Shown here piece by piece: positions 38,504 through 47,906 of a stretch of DNA of 64,000 nt (position 1 is the first letter of the stretch; every line of letters begins with the position of its first letter). A program made the translations under genes and the position numbers. A model generated the notes under the pieces. It was not told the DNA's origin and ran no database searches. It was given only the letters and a program-made list of their open reading frames with translations. The DNA lies in assembly GCA_964620965.1 (NCBI GenBank), contig CAZUHV010000002.1, positions 184,798-248,797 of the forward strand, written 5' to 3'. Origin of the DNA: an uncultured Pseudomonadales bacterium. GTDB lineage: Bacteria; Patescibacteriota; Microgenomatia; UBA1400; PJMF01.

Positions 38504-39577
38504 ATGGCAAATCAAACAAAAAAAGGTAAGAGGATATTTTGGATAGATGCTCTTCGAGCACTCTCTATTTTTATGGTTGTTGCATTACATAGTAGTGCGA
38601 AAGTAATTTATTCTTGGGATTTAGTAATAACAGGTGAGCTTTCTGCGTTCTCATGGAACTTTGCAAATCTTATTAACTCCTTTTCAAGAGCTAGTGTCCC
38701 ATTATTCGTTTTATTGAGCGGGGCAGTACTGTTAGAAAAAAAAGAAACTACAGAACAGTTTCTCAGCAAAAGGCTTCCAAGAATTATGTTACCCTGGTTT
38801 TTTTGGGGAACCATTCAATTGTTTTATAACTTTGATTTTTCACTCAAAACTATTTTAAGCGGGAACTTAGCAAATAAAGTTGCTGAAACTTACTTTGGTG
38901 GATTTTGGTTTATGCCAATGATCTTAGGTTTATATTTAGTAACACCTTTGATTAAGCCATTTATTCAAAATGCAAAACCAAAAGAATTTTTCTATTTTTT
39001 TAGTTTATGGTTTGTTTTTGCTTGTTTAATTCCTACGTTAAACACAGTCTTTGGAATTTCAGTTTCTTATCAACTTCCAGTTTTTATACAATATCTTGGA
39101 TACTTTGTTGGAGGCTATTTTTTAACAAACAAAATAAAATTAAAAGAAACTGTAATAAACCAAACAAAATTACTCTATGTTGTTTCAACACTGATTATTG
39201 CACTAGGAACCTTTGCACTTACAAAACTTGATTCTGATTTTAATAGCTCACTATATGAGTATCTTAATCTTCCAGTGTTTATTTCTGCCATCACCGGTTT
39301 TATTACTTTTAAATCACTTTTTGAAAATAAAAAGGTATTAAAAACCATAAAAAAAGTGAAAGATAAAATTCAAAAAATAAGCTCACTTAGCTTTGGAGTT
39401 TTTCTTTCACATGCACTCGTTCTTGATATTTTTACAAAAGGGACAATAGGCCTCACAATTCATGGAATGATAACAACTCCATTTTTTGCGATACCGTTAA
39501 CAACAATTCTTGTTTTTGCAACTTCTTGTTTAATAACTTTGCTTCTGAGTAAATACCTTAAACAATTCGTTTCTTAA
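38504..39577 (+). CDS. acyltransferase family 3 (OatA-like membrane acyltransferase)
   Basis: RIFWIDALRALSIFMVVALHS N-terminal motif and about 10 TM helices. Confidence 0.8.
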   Translation: MANQTKKGKRIFWIDALRALSIFMVVALHSSAKVIYSWDLVITGELSAFSWNFANLINSFSRASVPLFVLLSGAVLLEKKETTEQFLSKRLPRIMLPWFFWGTIQLFYNFDFSLKTILSGNLANKVAETYFGGFWFMPMILGLYLVTPLIKPFIQNAKPKEFFYFFSLWFVFACLIPTLNTVFGISVSYQLPVFIQYLGYFVGGYFLTNKIKLKETVINQTKLLYVVSTLIIALGTFALTKLDSDFNSSLYEYLNLPVFISAITGFITFKSLFENKKVLKTIKKVKDKIQKISSLSFGVFLSHALVLDIFTKGTIGLTIHGMITTPFFAIPLTTILVFATSCLITLLLSKYLKQFVS

Positions 39578-40166
39578 AACTAAAAACGTATAGTAACCAA
39601 ACAAATGTTGTTATAAATATTCCTCTTTGCCAAACTCCAGCAAATTCTGAAAAGTTGAACATCAATAAAGAGAGAACTGTCGCCAAAACTGCGATTGATA
39701 CCGCTAATAATTTGTCAGCATGTTTTTTTGTAAAAAATGCCATTGAAATGGCAAAAAAAGTAAATGAAAATCCTGTAACAGAAGCAAAAAGTGAATGTAA
39801 CTCATCATGGCGTACATTAAAACTTAAACTTGAGTCGATTGGAGCATGACTAAAAATTGCCGTCAAAACCAAAGAACCACCAAAAAGCAATAAAAGAATT
39901 AAAAAATAATAGTGACTTTTAAACTTTTTAAAACCTTCATAGATTGTAGAAAAACCAAGTGCACAAAAAATAAAATTCATAATCCAAGCATTTGGAGTGT
40001 TTTGTGCAGCAAGTTGGCTTGTAGTATTTTTTACAATTGAATATCCAGGTAAACTATAAAATGGCAATAAAAAAATTACCAAAAGCATAACTACATATGA
40101 ATAAAAAAGCGGTGATGATTTTAAGTATTTCAGCATTACTTCATATAATACCAAAAAGCCTAACAA
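39558..40166 (-). CDS. hypothetical polytopic membrane protein
   Basis: Six predicted TM helices, no family recognised. Confidence 0.4.
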   Translation of the reverse strand: MLGFLVLYEVMLKYLKSSPLFYSYVVMLLVIFLLPFYSLPGYSIVKNTTSQLAAQNTPNAWIMNFIFCALGFSTIYEGFKKFKSHYYFLILLLLFGGSLVLTAIFSHAPIDSSLSFNVRHDELHSLFASVTGFSFTFFAISMAFFTKKHADKLLAVSIAVLATVLSLLMFNFSEFAGVWQRGIFITTFVWLLYVFSFKKRIV

Positions 40167-40171
40167 GAAAG

Positions 40172-41449
40172 CTACTCTACAAAAGTTAACGCAACACCTT
40201 GATTATCAGCCCTTCCAGTTCTTCCGATTCTGTGAATATAGCTCTCGTAAGATTCTGGTAAATCATAATTAATAACATGTGTAACATTCTCTATGTCTAA
40301 ACCTCTTGCAATAACATCTGTTGCAATTAAAACTTGAACATAGTCGTCTTTGAACTGTTGTAGTGCACGTTGTCTTTGGTTCTGAGACTTGTTTCCATGT
40401 ATAGCATTGGCTTTAAAACCTTTAGATTGCAAAACTTTAGATAGTTTCTCTGCACCTCTTTTTGTTCTTCCAAAAACTAAAACTTTTTGAAATTCCTCTA
40501 AAACAAGAAGCTCTCGTAGTACATCAATTTTTGGTCTGCCTGCAAGCTTTACAATATCTTGCTTAACATTTAATGAAGTATCTTGAGTTTTTACTGACAC
40601 ATGAACCGGGTTTGTTAAAAACCCATTCATAATTTCTTTGATTTTATCTGTTACTGTAGCAGAGAAAAATAAGGATTGTCTCTTTGTTGGTAGAGCCTCA
40701 ATAATAGCTTTAATATCATGAATAAAGCCCATATCCAACATTCTATCCACCTCGTCTAAAACAATATTGTTGAATTGGTTAAAAGGAAGCTTTCCTTGTT
40801 GATTTAAATCTTTGATTCTTCCAGGAGTACCAATTACAAAGTTTTGACCTCTTCTTAAAGACTCAATTTGTCTATTTAGAGAAGATCCACCAATTAATAA
40901 AGTAGATCGAACAGGCAAACCTTTTGAAAACTCAAATAATTCTGCTCTAATTTGGACAGCTAGCTCTCTTGTAGGTGCAATAATAAGAACCTTCTGAGTT
41001 TGGTCGCCAAGCACCTTGTCTAATAAAGGAATAAGAAAAGACGCAGTCTTTCCAGTCCCAGTATTAGCAATTCCAACAACATCTCTTCCTTCAATAATGT
41101 GAGGAATAATTTTATCCTGAATTGGAGTAGGGGAGGTATATCCTCTTTTTGTGATGTTTACTTTTAAGTTATTTGATATTTTAAAATCATTAAAACTATG
41201 CAAAATCTGATGTGATTCTTGTTGCTCAGTTTTTTTTGTTTCAATTTTTAAACTTAAAATAAAATGTGTTGGATCAAATGTGGCCTGTTTACGACTACCA
41301 CCTCTAGTATTTTGAACCGACATGTTGTAATTTTTGTTTTCTCTTGATTTCTGCTCAAACCTATTCTGATCTGCTCTAGTACTTTGATTACCAAAATGAG
41401 AACCTCTTGATTGGCTCTTTGAACGAGAAAACGAACGTCTCTTACGCAT
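40172..41449 (-). CDS. DEAD-box ATP-dependent RNA helicase (motif II variant DEVD)
   Basis: Q-motif/ motif I TPIQDK...ANTGTGKT, motif II VLDEVDRML, SAT, HRIGRTGRA. The N-terminus is an Arg/Ser-rich tail. Confidence 0.9.
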   Translation of the reverse strand: MRKRRSFSRSKSQSRGSHFGNQSTRADQNRFEQKSRENKNYNMSVQNTRGGSRKQATFDPTHFILSLKIETKKTEQQESHQILHSFNDFKISNNLKVNITKRGYTSPTPIQDKIIPHIIEGRDVVGIANTGTGKTASFLIPLLDKVLGDQTQKVLIIAPTRELAVQIRAELFEFSKGLPVRSTLLIGGSSLNRQIESLRRGQNFVIGTPGRIKDLNQQGKLPFNQFNNIVLDEVDRMLDMGFIHDIKAIIEALPTKRQSLFFSATVTDKIKEIMNGFLTNPVHVSVKTQDTSLNVKQDIVKLAGRPKIDVLRELLVLEEFQKVLVFGRTKRGAEKLSKVLQSKGFKANAIHGNKSQNQRQRALQQFKDDYVQVLIATDVIARGLDIENVTHVINYDLPESYESYIHRIGRTGRADNQGVALTFVE

Positions 41450-41739
41450 ATATAACTTCTTTCTGTATCTTTAATACGTAGTTTAAAAACAAGAAAGTAT
41501 AGATTTATTGGAAAATAATTCTTAAATAGGTTTCAAGCTTAAACCAAGTTAGTTACTTAGTTGTGTAACTAAACAGAATTGTATTGTATCAGAAAACCAT
41601 AAAAAAAGCAAATTATAGGATAAGAATATTGATTCCAGCACTTATAGCAGAATTTTCACCAAACCAATGCTTCCAAAATCCCTCAGCCATCTGGCTTCGA
41701 CCTACGTTACCCTCACAAATAAAAAGCACTTTTTCATTT

Positions 41740-42348
41740 TCAATTATCATACAAAAATTCTCTAATACCTTTTATACTTTTTTCTACCTCTTTAGGATCG
41801 AAGCAAAATACTTGCCATCCACGATCTTTTGCAGGATTCAAGAAATCTTGTTTGTCATCTGTAAACAAAATTCTTTTTGGTTCAACATCTGCAGCAATTT
41901 CCGCAATTTTATATATGTCTTCTTCTGGCTTCACAAAGCCAACATCACAGGAAAATATTTTAGAATCCCAGTCCATAAATGGGAAAAAGTCTTTTTCTAC
42001 TAATTTATCAAAAATTCCAGAATAAATATTTGAAAACAAACCAACTTTAATTTTAGCTTCCTTTATCTCAGAAATTAAATTAAAGCTTTCTTTTATCAAA
42101 ACAAAGTTACTTGTCCAATATTCAGCAAAATCAATATTCTCTTCGTCTAATTCTAATTCCTCTTTATATTTCTTCCACAAATCCAGGGGGGACATATTAC
42201 CTCGACAAACTAAATCATCATATTTTAGAAAAACTTTTTCAAAATCTTCGTACTGCTTACAATGTTTTTTTGCTAGTTTTTGTAAGCCACCACTAAACAG
42301 AAGTAAAACATTACCGATATCGAAGTAAACAAAGTCAATTTTTGACAT
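41740..42348 (-). CDS. HAD-superfamily hydrolase (putative)
   Basis: N-terminal VYFDIGNVLL is motif I with the second Asp replaced by Gly. HAD-like spacing of downstream motifs. TGATATAAT lies 5 nt upstream of the ATG, suggesting a leaderless transcript. Confidence 0.5.
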   Translation of the reverse strand: MSKIDFVYFDIGNVLLLFSGGLQKLAKKHCKQYEDFEKVFLKYDDLVCRGNMSPLDLWKKYKEELELDEENIDFAEYWTSNFVLIKESFNLISEIKEAKIKVGLFSNIYSGIFDKLVEKDFFPFMDWDSKIFSCDVGFVKPEEDIYKIAEIAADVEPKRILFTDDKQDFLNPAKDRGWQVFCFDPKEVEKSIKGIREFLYDN

Positions 42349-42411
42349 AGCATATTATATCAAAGAGAAAATAGGGTAGAAGTTCCAACCGTCCTAGTTG
42401 ACCTCCAGAGG

Positions 42412-42433
42412 TGATGGCGTGGTTGTACTATGT
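42412..42433. repeat. 22-nt repeat TGATGGCGTGGTTGTACTATGT (copy 1), 3' of small ORF
   Basis: Identical 22-mer at 42843..42864. Sits about 10 nt beyond the stop of the minus-strand ORF. Confidence 0.75.
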
Positions 42434-42442
42434 TGGAACTAG

Positions 42443-42667
42443 TTACTCATCAAACATTTTATTTAAATCTTCATCAGATATTGAATCAAGATTCATTGCT
42501 TTTGCGTAAATTCCCATCTTAACAACTAAAGCATCTCTTTTCTGAATAACTCTTTCAGTCCATCCAGCATCTTTTAAATGATCTTCTGTGTTATATATCG
42601 ATTTCCATTCTAAGTAAGCCTTGCGTAGTTCATTGTAAGGAATATTGTTTTGTATTTCTTCTCTCAT
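42443..42667 (-). CDS. small hypothetical protein (74 aa)
   Basis: ATG start. Its 5' side carries the conserved leader repeat with TGGTATAAT. No family recognised. Confidence 0.4.
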   Translation of the reverse strand: MREEIQNNIPYNELRKAYLEWKSIYNTEDHLKDAGWTERVIQKRDALVVKMGIYAKAMNLDSISDEDLNKMFDE

Positions 42668-42747
42668 ATTATCTTTCTATCTATTATCCAAGTCATTCTA
42701 ACATATAAGTTAGGGTAGAATATTGATTTTAATATATCCAAATTATA

Positions 42748-42864
42748 CCAGGTCAGAACTCATGCTTGAGGAGAAATTAGGGTGTACAAATGGGGTATAA
42801 AAATAGGATAGAAATAGATTGATATATAAAGCTATATTTTATTGATGGCGTGGTTGTACTATGT
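42748..42864. repeat. ~95-nt leader repeat (copy A) contiguous with 22-nt repeat copy 2
   Basis: caggtcagaactcatgcttgaggagaaattagggtgtac ... agattgatatataaagctatatttt is about 80% identical to 43282..43374. Its minus-strand 3' end carries the extended -10 TGGTATAAT (42742..42750). Confidence 0.75.
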
Positions 42865-42869
42865 GAGAA

Positions 42870-43265
42870 CTAATTCTCAGTATATGAAAAACCCAAACCT
42901 TCTAAAGCCTTCTTTACCTTATCCCGATCTTGCTCTTTTATAAATAACAAATCCTTTGAATAAGTTGAAACAATCAAAATATTTGAGTCAGATTCATAAA
43001 TCACCTTACTAACATTAAAGAGAGTTCCCTTCATAAAAGGAGTTTCAAGATTTAATGAAACTAATAGCCATTTATTAGGATTTTGTTCTTTAATACTAAA
43101 ACCAACAGGATTTTTTGTAACTACAGTTATTTCTTCACCATCATCTGTTACCAAAAAATGATCTTTATGATTGCTTGGATATTTTGTGGCCTGACAATAG
43201 AAGTAGAAATCAGAGGAAATTGAGAAACTACTTTTTTGAAACATTTGTTGAAGGTCTTTTTGCAT
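42870..43265 (-). CDS. ACT-domain-like small protein (131 aa, putative)
   Basis: C-terminal KGTLFNVSKVIYESDSNILIVSTYSKDLLFIKEQDRDKVKKALEGLGF resembles the ACT_7/CASTOR-type ACT fold. The start lies 10 nt downstream of TGATATAAT, suggesting a leaderless transcript. Confidence 0.4.
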   Translation of the reverse strand: MQKDLQQMFQKSSFSISSDFYFYCQATKYPSNHKDHFLVTDDGEEITVVTKNPVGFSIKEQNPNKWLLVSLNLETPFMKGTLFNVSKVIYESDSNILIVSTYSKDLLFIKEQDRDKVKKALEGLGFSYTEN

Positions 43266-43281
43266 TGTAAAAATATTATAT

Positions 43282-43377
43282 CAGGTCAGAACTCACTCTT
43301 GAGGAGAAATCAGGGCGTACTAACAGGGTTGAGAATATAGAAAAAATTAGATTGATATATAAAGCTATATTTTTGTG
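43282..43377. repeat. ~95-nt leader repeat (copy B) abutting tRNA-Gln 3' end
   Basis: caggtcagaactcactcttgaggagaaatcagggcgtac ... agattgatatataaagctatattttt. Extended -10 TGATATAAT on the minus strand at 43275..43283. Confidence 0.75.
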
Positions 43378-43448
43378 ATGCCCGACTAGGATTCGAACCT
43401 AGGTTAAAGGCTTCAAAGGCCTCTGTCCTGCCGTTAGACGATCGGGCA
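43378..43448 (-). tRNA. tRNA-Gln (anticodon TTG)
   Basis: The reverse complement folds with acceptor TGCCCGA/TCGGGCA, anticodon loop CTTTGAA and T-loop TTCGAAT. Confidence 0.8.
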
Positions 43449-43584
43449 ACTAAAATTGTTGCAAGAACAAACTATACTAAAGAGAGTTGTATTTTACCAA
43501 AAAATAGCAATTTAGAAAAGAAGCATAGAACCTTTTAAAACTAAAGGTGCAAGTTACATAAAACTTTGCCATAATTATGAAGTA

Positions 43585-46500
43585 ATGTCAGCTAAAACTG
43601 AAGTTAAAAAACTAGATAAACAAAAAGACACCTATCAACAAATCGAGGAAACTGTTGCCGATCTAAAAAAAATAAAACTTGAACTTAGAGTATTGAGGGC
43701 AAAAAAAGAAAAAACAACACAAGACATCGATACGATAAAAAGAATAGAACAGGTTATCTCTAGACTTGAAGATCGCGTAGAACAAAGAAGAGATTCCCTC
43801 TCAGTGAGTCAAAAAAACAAAATAATCAAAGAACAATATAGGAATATTTTTGAGACAGACATTCCTGTAAGAAGAATCATTGGCAAAGATATTGTAGCAA
43901 TCTTCATGCCTGAAACGTTTTTGAGAGAGCAAATTAGCCAACTACAAAACTTAGAAGAAAAAATTACAAGTAGCACTGATACTCAAAACCCTCAAAACAG
44001 TGAAGATATAAATGAATACTTTATCCTTCTTAAGAAAGTAAATCAATTTTTAGTTGTTCTTGATAATCTTAAAGTTAATATTCCCGAACCCCACAAAAAA
44101 ACAATTACTAGAATTCAAAGAGGTATGATCAAACTTCCTGTTTATGGAGCAGAGGCCGTTTCAAAACTTTTCATTAGATCAAAAAAAGAAGTTAATAAAC
44201 GGATAAAAAATGTTGAGCATTCACTAGAAAATTATATTACATTTCAAGGCCTAGAAAGCGTCAGAAAAACTTTGCTTTCTGTGCCATCATTCTTTGATGG
44301 AAAAAATAAAGAAATAGAAGAACAAATACGTACTGCGAAAGAAGATGAACTTCCAGGATTATACTCAAAAATTTTAGCTGAACCCTTTGAAATAATTAGA
44401 GAAGCTGGCTTAGATCCTAACCTTCCAGAGAACCACCCAAAAATTATTTACAAACTTTTAACAACAAATAATCGCCATAGCTTTGCTCAAAATGCAGCAT
44501 TCTTATTTGAGATAGATAATATTCAATCTATTATTCCTAAACTAGACCAAGCTATACATAAACACGAAATTATTGCTTCTCTACTTAACATGGAATTTTC
44601 ATACTGGAGAAGATTCTCTCTACTAAACTTAGAAACTATTAAATCAACTTCTCAGAAAATGACTTCTGAAGTTCTCAGGGCAATTACTTTTGATGAAACT
44701 CAAATTGTACCAAGTCTTATTGATCTAGAAAAAATTACTAAGTCTCTTTCTCCTAGACCAGAAACAGATATAAAAGAAGAAATAGATCTACAACATATCC
44801 AAGATGCTGAGCTAAAAAAACTAATACAAGAAGATTTACAACTATTTGAGAAATTCCCAACAAATGATAGAGAAGTGCTTATTTTTGTGCAACAGTACAA
44901 AGAAATAGTTAGTAGATATAAAAACCTCAATCCAGAAAAAGTAAAAAAACTTATTCTAGAATACAAGAAAAAAATTGATGCAAGAATGCAGATATTATTA
45001 CTTAACCAAATTGTTGAATCTGCAATTGGTGAGACGATGATCTACGACTTTCATGAATGGCAAGTAGCAGACAATAATTTAGGAAGAATACTTAACAATA
45101 ACAATATTTGTTCAGTTTTTACAAGTTATAATAGGGGACTTATTAACTCCCTCAGCAAAGAAAAAGAAAACGCTACTGTTCCTAGAAGTGGCTTTGCAGT
45201 TCTAAAAAAATCAGAAAACCCAGAAAGAAAATTTGACGTTTCATTAAGAGTCTATAATAATACTTCCCGATATAATGCCTTTCATTCAACAATGCTTGAA
45301 TGTTGGATCGATTCTGAAGGGGACCAAAAAAGAACAAAACAACTATGGGAAAAAAGAATACAAAAAATCGAAAAAACCCTTCCAAGTTTTTATCCCGAAG
45401 AACTTCTTTTACATATAATAACAGTTTCAAGAAAAACCCAATCTAAGCTAGATATAGACTTTTTTGACGGTATCACAAAAACTTTAATCGAAAAATACTC
45501 TGCCTCACAAGGAGGTGAGATAAATACTAACCACTTAAGTGATCTTGTGAGCTATGTAACAAGTCATATGGATCTTTCTCAAAAATCAATACTAGATTGG
45601 TGGAAAAATAGTTACTGTACACAATACCAAGCTCCAAGTTTTGAGGAAGCACTCTCTAGAGTTCATACACTTCCTTGTATTCTGCTTCCATCAGAAATAT
45701 CAAGCTCTCAAAATGTTAATGAACTTCAACAAGAACTTACACAAATAACTAATGAACTAAGATCTCAATTTGTTACAGCATCAATGCTCATAACTTATGG
45801 GGTTAACCAAAACGGAGACTTTGCACTATCTTCAAGTTGTGACCACTCGAATTGGGATGGAAAACAAAGTGGAGATATGGTTGAAAAAGTTATTACTAAA
45901 GTTATAGACTCAACAAAACAGACTCAACTTAATCAATCAGAAATTCTTCAAGATACAACTACCCACGTTGACACTACTGTAATTACTTCAAGTGAAAAAG
46001 AGAAAGCTGTTTTAGAACAATCTGGGAATTACCAAATACAATCGTATGTAGAAGCAGAAGGGTTTGTGAGGATCTGTGATGATATTGGTCAAATGGTTTC
46101 TAGACTAGTTTCAGAAGGTAAAATAAACCCAGATACAAAAATTAAAAATCCAGCTGTTATCATGCAATTAATGCTTGTAAATGTGTATAGAGACATTCTT
46201 TCAAAAATGAAGGATGAAGATGGAACAGAACACTTTACTCAAACCCAAAATATAGGAATGTTACTAGGAAACCCTGATATAACAAAAGACCTAGACTTAG
46301 CCCCAATTCAAGGTGGTTTTGATTTACAACTCTTTAATAATCTTGATCTTAAACAAAAAGAAGAATATCTTGTTTCACTTGCTCTTTTATTTGATATTTC
46401 ATTAAAACATACAAATATGGAGCTTATCAAAAAAGTTGCAGAATCTATTCCATTTAAAGGAATTCAAAACTTTCTTAATGATCTTTCAAGAAGGAAAATA

Positions 46501-46824
46501 CTACTTGGTGGATTAAAGGATTTTGCTGGAGAATTTATGATTTCAAACTTCGGCCTTCCAAGAGTCAAAGGTGGAAAAATAAAATTAGAAAAAAAGCATG
46601 GCTTCCAAATTATTAGAAACTCTGGACCTGCCCAAACTGACTTCCAAAAAGGTTCTATGACTATAGTAGGAGCCTTAGAAATGGCTAATACATTTTATTT
46701 ATCAATTTGTTATAAAAATAAGAGAAATGCTGCGGCAATACATATTGCAAAAGAATTCAAAAAGTACATTGAATCACTAGATGTGAACTATTACATGGAC
46801 TGGAAACAAAAAAACACCAACTAA
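43585..46824 (+). CDS. large orphan protein (1079 aa) with N-terminal coiled coil, function unknown
   Basis: Uninterrupted 3.2 kb ORF with its own intrinsic terminator. No signal peptide, P-loop or other motif recognised. Confidence 0.6.
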   Translation: MSAKTEVKKLDKQKDTYQQIEETVADLKKIKLELRVLRAKKEKTTQDIDTIKRIEQVISRLEDRVEQRRDSLSVSQKNKIIKEQYRNIFETDIPVRRIIGKDIVAIFMPETFLREQISQLQNLEEKITSSTDTQNPQNSEDINEYFILLKKVNQFLVVLDNLKVNIPEPHKKTITRIQRGMIKLPVYGAEAVSKLFIRSKKEVNKRIKNVEHSLENYITFQGLESVRKTLLSVPSFFDGKNKEIEEQIRTAKEDELPGLYSKILAEPFEIIREAGLDPNLPENHPKIIYKLLTTNNRHSFAQNAAFLFEIDNIQSIIPKLDQAIHKHEIIASLLNMEFSYWRRFSLLNLETIKSTSQKMTSEVLRAITFDETQIVPSLIDLEKITKSLSPRPETDIKEEIDLQHIQDAELKKLIQEDLQLFEKFPTNDREVLIFVQQYKEIVSRYKNLNPEKVKKLILEYKKKIDARMQILLLNQIVESAIGETMIYDFHEWQVADNNLGRILNNNNICSVFTSYNRGLINSLSKEKENATVPRSGFAVLKKSENPERKFDVSLRVYNNTSRYNAFHSTMLECWIDSEGDQKRTKQLWEKRIQKIEKTLPSFYPEELLLHIITVSRKTQSKLDIDFFDGITKTLIEKYSASQGGEINTNHLSDLVSYVTSHMDLSQKSILDWWKNSYCTQYQAPSFEEALSRVHTLPCILLPSEISSSQNVNELQQELTQITNELRSQFVTASMLITYGVNQNGDFALSSSCDHSNWDGKQSGDMVEKVITKVIDSTKQTQLNQSEILQDTTTHVDTTVITSSEKEKAVLEQSGNYQIQSYVEAEGFVRICDDIGQMVSRLVSEGKINPDTKIKNPAVIMQLMLVNVYRDILSKMKDEDGTEHFTQTQNIGMLLGNPDITKDLDLAPIQGGFDLQLFNNLDLKQKEEYLVSLALLFDISLKHTNMELIKKVAESIPFKGIQNFLNDLSRRKILLGGLKDFAGEFMISNFGLPRVKGGKIKLEKKHGFQIIRNSGPAQTDFQKGSMTIVGALEMANTFYLSICYKNKRNAAAIHIAKEFKKYIESLDVNYYMDWKQKNTN

Positions 46825-46837
46825 ATGGTGTTTTTTT
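46815..46837 (+). terminator. rho-independent terminator of the 1079-aa gene
   Basis: CACCAactaaaTGGTGttttttt, 11 nt after the stop. Confidence 0.7.
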
Positions 46838-46844
46838 GTATTTG

Positions 46845-46918
46845 AGCGGGAAACGGGATTCGAACCCGCGACCTCTTCCTTGGCAAGGAAGCGCTCTAGC
46901 CAGCTGAGCTATTCCCGC
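46845..46918 (-). tRNA. tRNA-Gly (anticodon GCC)
   Basis: The reverse complement folds with acceptor GCGGGAA/TTCCCGC and anticodon loop TTGCCAA. Confidence 0.85.
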
Positions 46919-46999
46919 AATTTCTATTTAAAGAACAAGAAGTATTTTACACTTGATGTACAAAAAAGTGAATACCTTAAATTGGTGTACAATAAAGCT

Positions 47000-47671
47000 A
47001 TGAAATCAAGTCTATTCAGACTACTTGTCTTACCACTTACAATAGTGGGGGTGCTCTATGTTTCGTTATTTTTAGGTAGCCAAAGAAAACCAACTAATAT
47101 CGCAAACCAAGTAACTGCTGAAAATCAAATAGAGCTCAAAACTTCAGATAATACAGAAAACAATGAAACTACTAAAGAAAAAAAAGAACCTTCAAACCCA
47201 ACTCCAGAAAATATAAAAGTTTTAGGAGTAGAAGATATACAAAAAAATACTGATTCTCAAAACGCTTCCATAGAGTTTGAAACTCAAATCTTATATAACC
47301 TTATAAACTCATACAGAGAAGAAAATAATTTAAACAAGCTTTTTGCTAATAAGCTTTTGGAAGACAGTGCTCGTCGAAAACTCAAAGATATGATTGATAA
47401 AAATTACTTCAGACATGCCGACACTGCAAATAATGAATCATGGTACTTATTTAATGCCGCTGGATATCACTATGAACTTGCCGGAGAAAATCTCTCTACC
47501 GGATACAATACCCCTTGGCAAGTGTTCTCTGCATGGCAAAGAAGTGAAAAACACAACTCTCAATTACTGAAACCAGAATACTTAGATATGGGGCTTGCAG
47601 TAAATTGTGAAACATATGAAGTTAGAGATAAACCTGCTTGCATAGTAGTATTACATTTAGGTTTACGTTAA
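47000..47671 (+). CDS. CAP/SCP/PR1-like domain secreted protein (YkwD-like)
   Basis: Internal Met MKSSLFRLLVLPLTIVGVLYVSLF (signal/anchor). CAP motifs NSYREENNL ... HYELAGENLS ... WQVFSAWQRSEKHNSQLL. The track ORF's first 120 nt overlap tRNA-Gly and were trimmed. Confidence 0.7.
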   Translation: MKSSLFRLLVLPLTIVGVLYVSLFLGSQRKPTNIANQVTAENQIELKTSDNTENNETTKEKKEPSNPTPENIKVLGVEDIQKNTDSQNASIEFETQILYNLINSYREENNLNKLFANKLLEDSARRKLKDMIDKNYFRHADTANNESWYLFNAAGYHYELAGENLSTGYNTPWQVFSAWQRSEKHNSQLLKPEYLDMGLAVNCETYEVRDKPACIVVLHLGLR

Positions 47672-47691
47672 AATAAAAATAGGAGACCTTA

Positions 47692-47850
47692 ATGAATAAT
47701 CAATCATACTTTCAATCACCAGAATTCAAAAGAATGACGGGGAATGCCACAGACAGTGGAGTCAAATTTCTTTTTAAGTGGATTGGGATTGGAATCAAAA
47801 GCTTTGCTGAGTTTATTAAAATGATGGTGTATTCATTACTCGGTAAGTAG
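47692..47850 (+). CDS. small ORF (52 aa) with C-terminal hydrophobic helix, hypothetical
   Basis: AGGAGA RBS 5 nt upstream of the ATG. Followed by an intrinsic terminator. Below the ORF-track length cutoff. Confidence 0.35.
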   Translation: MNNQSYFQSPEFKRMTGNATDSGVKFLFKWIGIGIKSFAEFIKMMVYSLLGK

Positions 47851-47874
47851 TATCTGCCTTTTTGCAATAAAGAA

Positions 47875-47906
47875 TAAAAAAAGAATCCTGTTTAGGATTC
47901 TTTTTG
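47875..47906. terminator. bidirectional intrinsic terminator (serves small ORF on + and the tRNA array on -)
   Basis: aaaaaaaGAATCCTgtttAGGATTCttttt. Confidence 0.7.

Noticed and set aside
41450-41740. Inverted repeat GTTAGTTAC...GTAACTAAAC in the helicase/HAD intergenic region
   Set aside because: Short AT-rich palindrome without a flanking T-tract or conserved partner. Could be a weak terminator or operator but the evidence is insufficient.
41584-42003. 139-aa plus-strand ORF
   Set aside because: Antisense to the HAD-like hydrolase gene, with no RBS and a hydrophobic junk-like composition.
42843-43400. Idea that the 22-nt repeat is a duplicated tRNA-Gln 3' end (att core)
   Set aside because: Only CATCA plus scattered bases match between the 22-mer and the tRNA-Gln 3' end. 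This is not enough to call it an att duplication.
45170-45330. ADP-ribosyltransferase-like R / STS / ExE pattern in the 1079-aa protein (RSGFAV...YNNTSRYNAFHST...ECWIDSEGD)
   Set aside because: The spacing and the absence of a true ExE/QxE make this a chance resemblance. Not claimed.
46880-46999. First 40 codons of ORF 46880..47671
   Set aside because: They overlap tRNA-Gly(GCC) on the opposite strand. The CAP-domain protein more plausibly starts at the signal-peptide Met at 47000.
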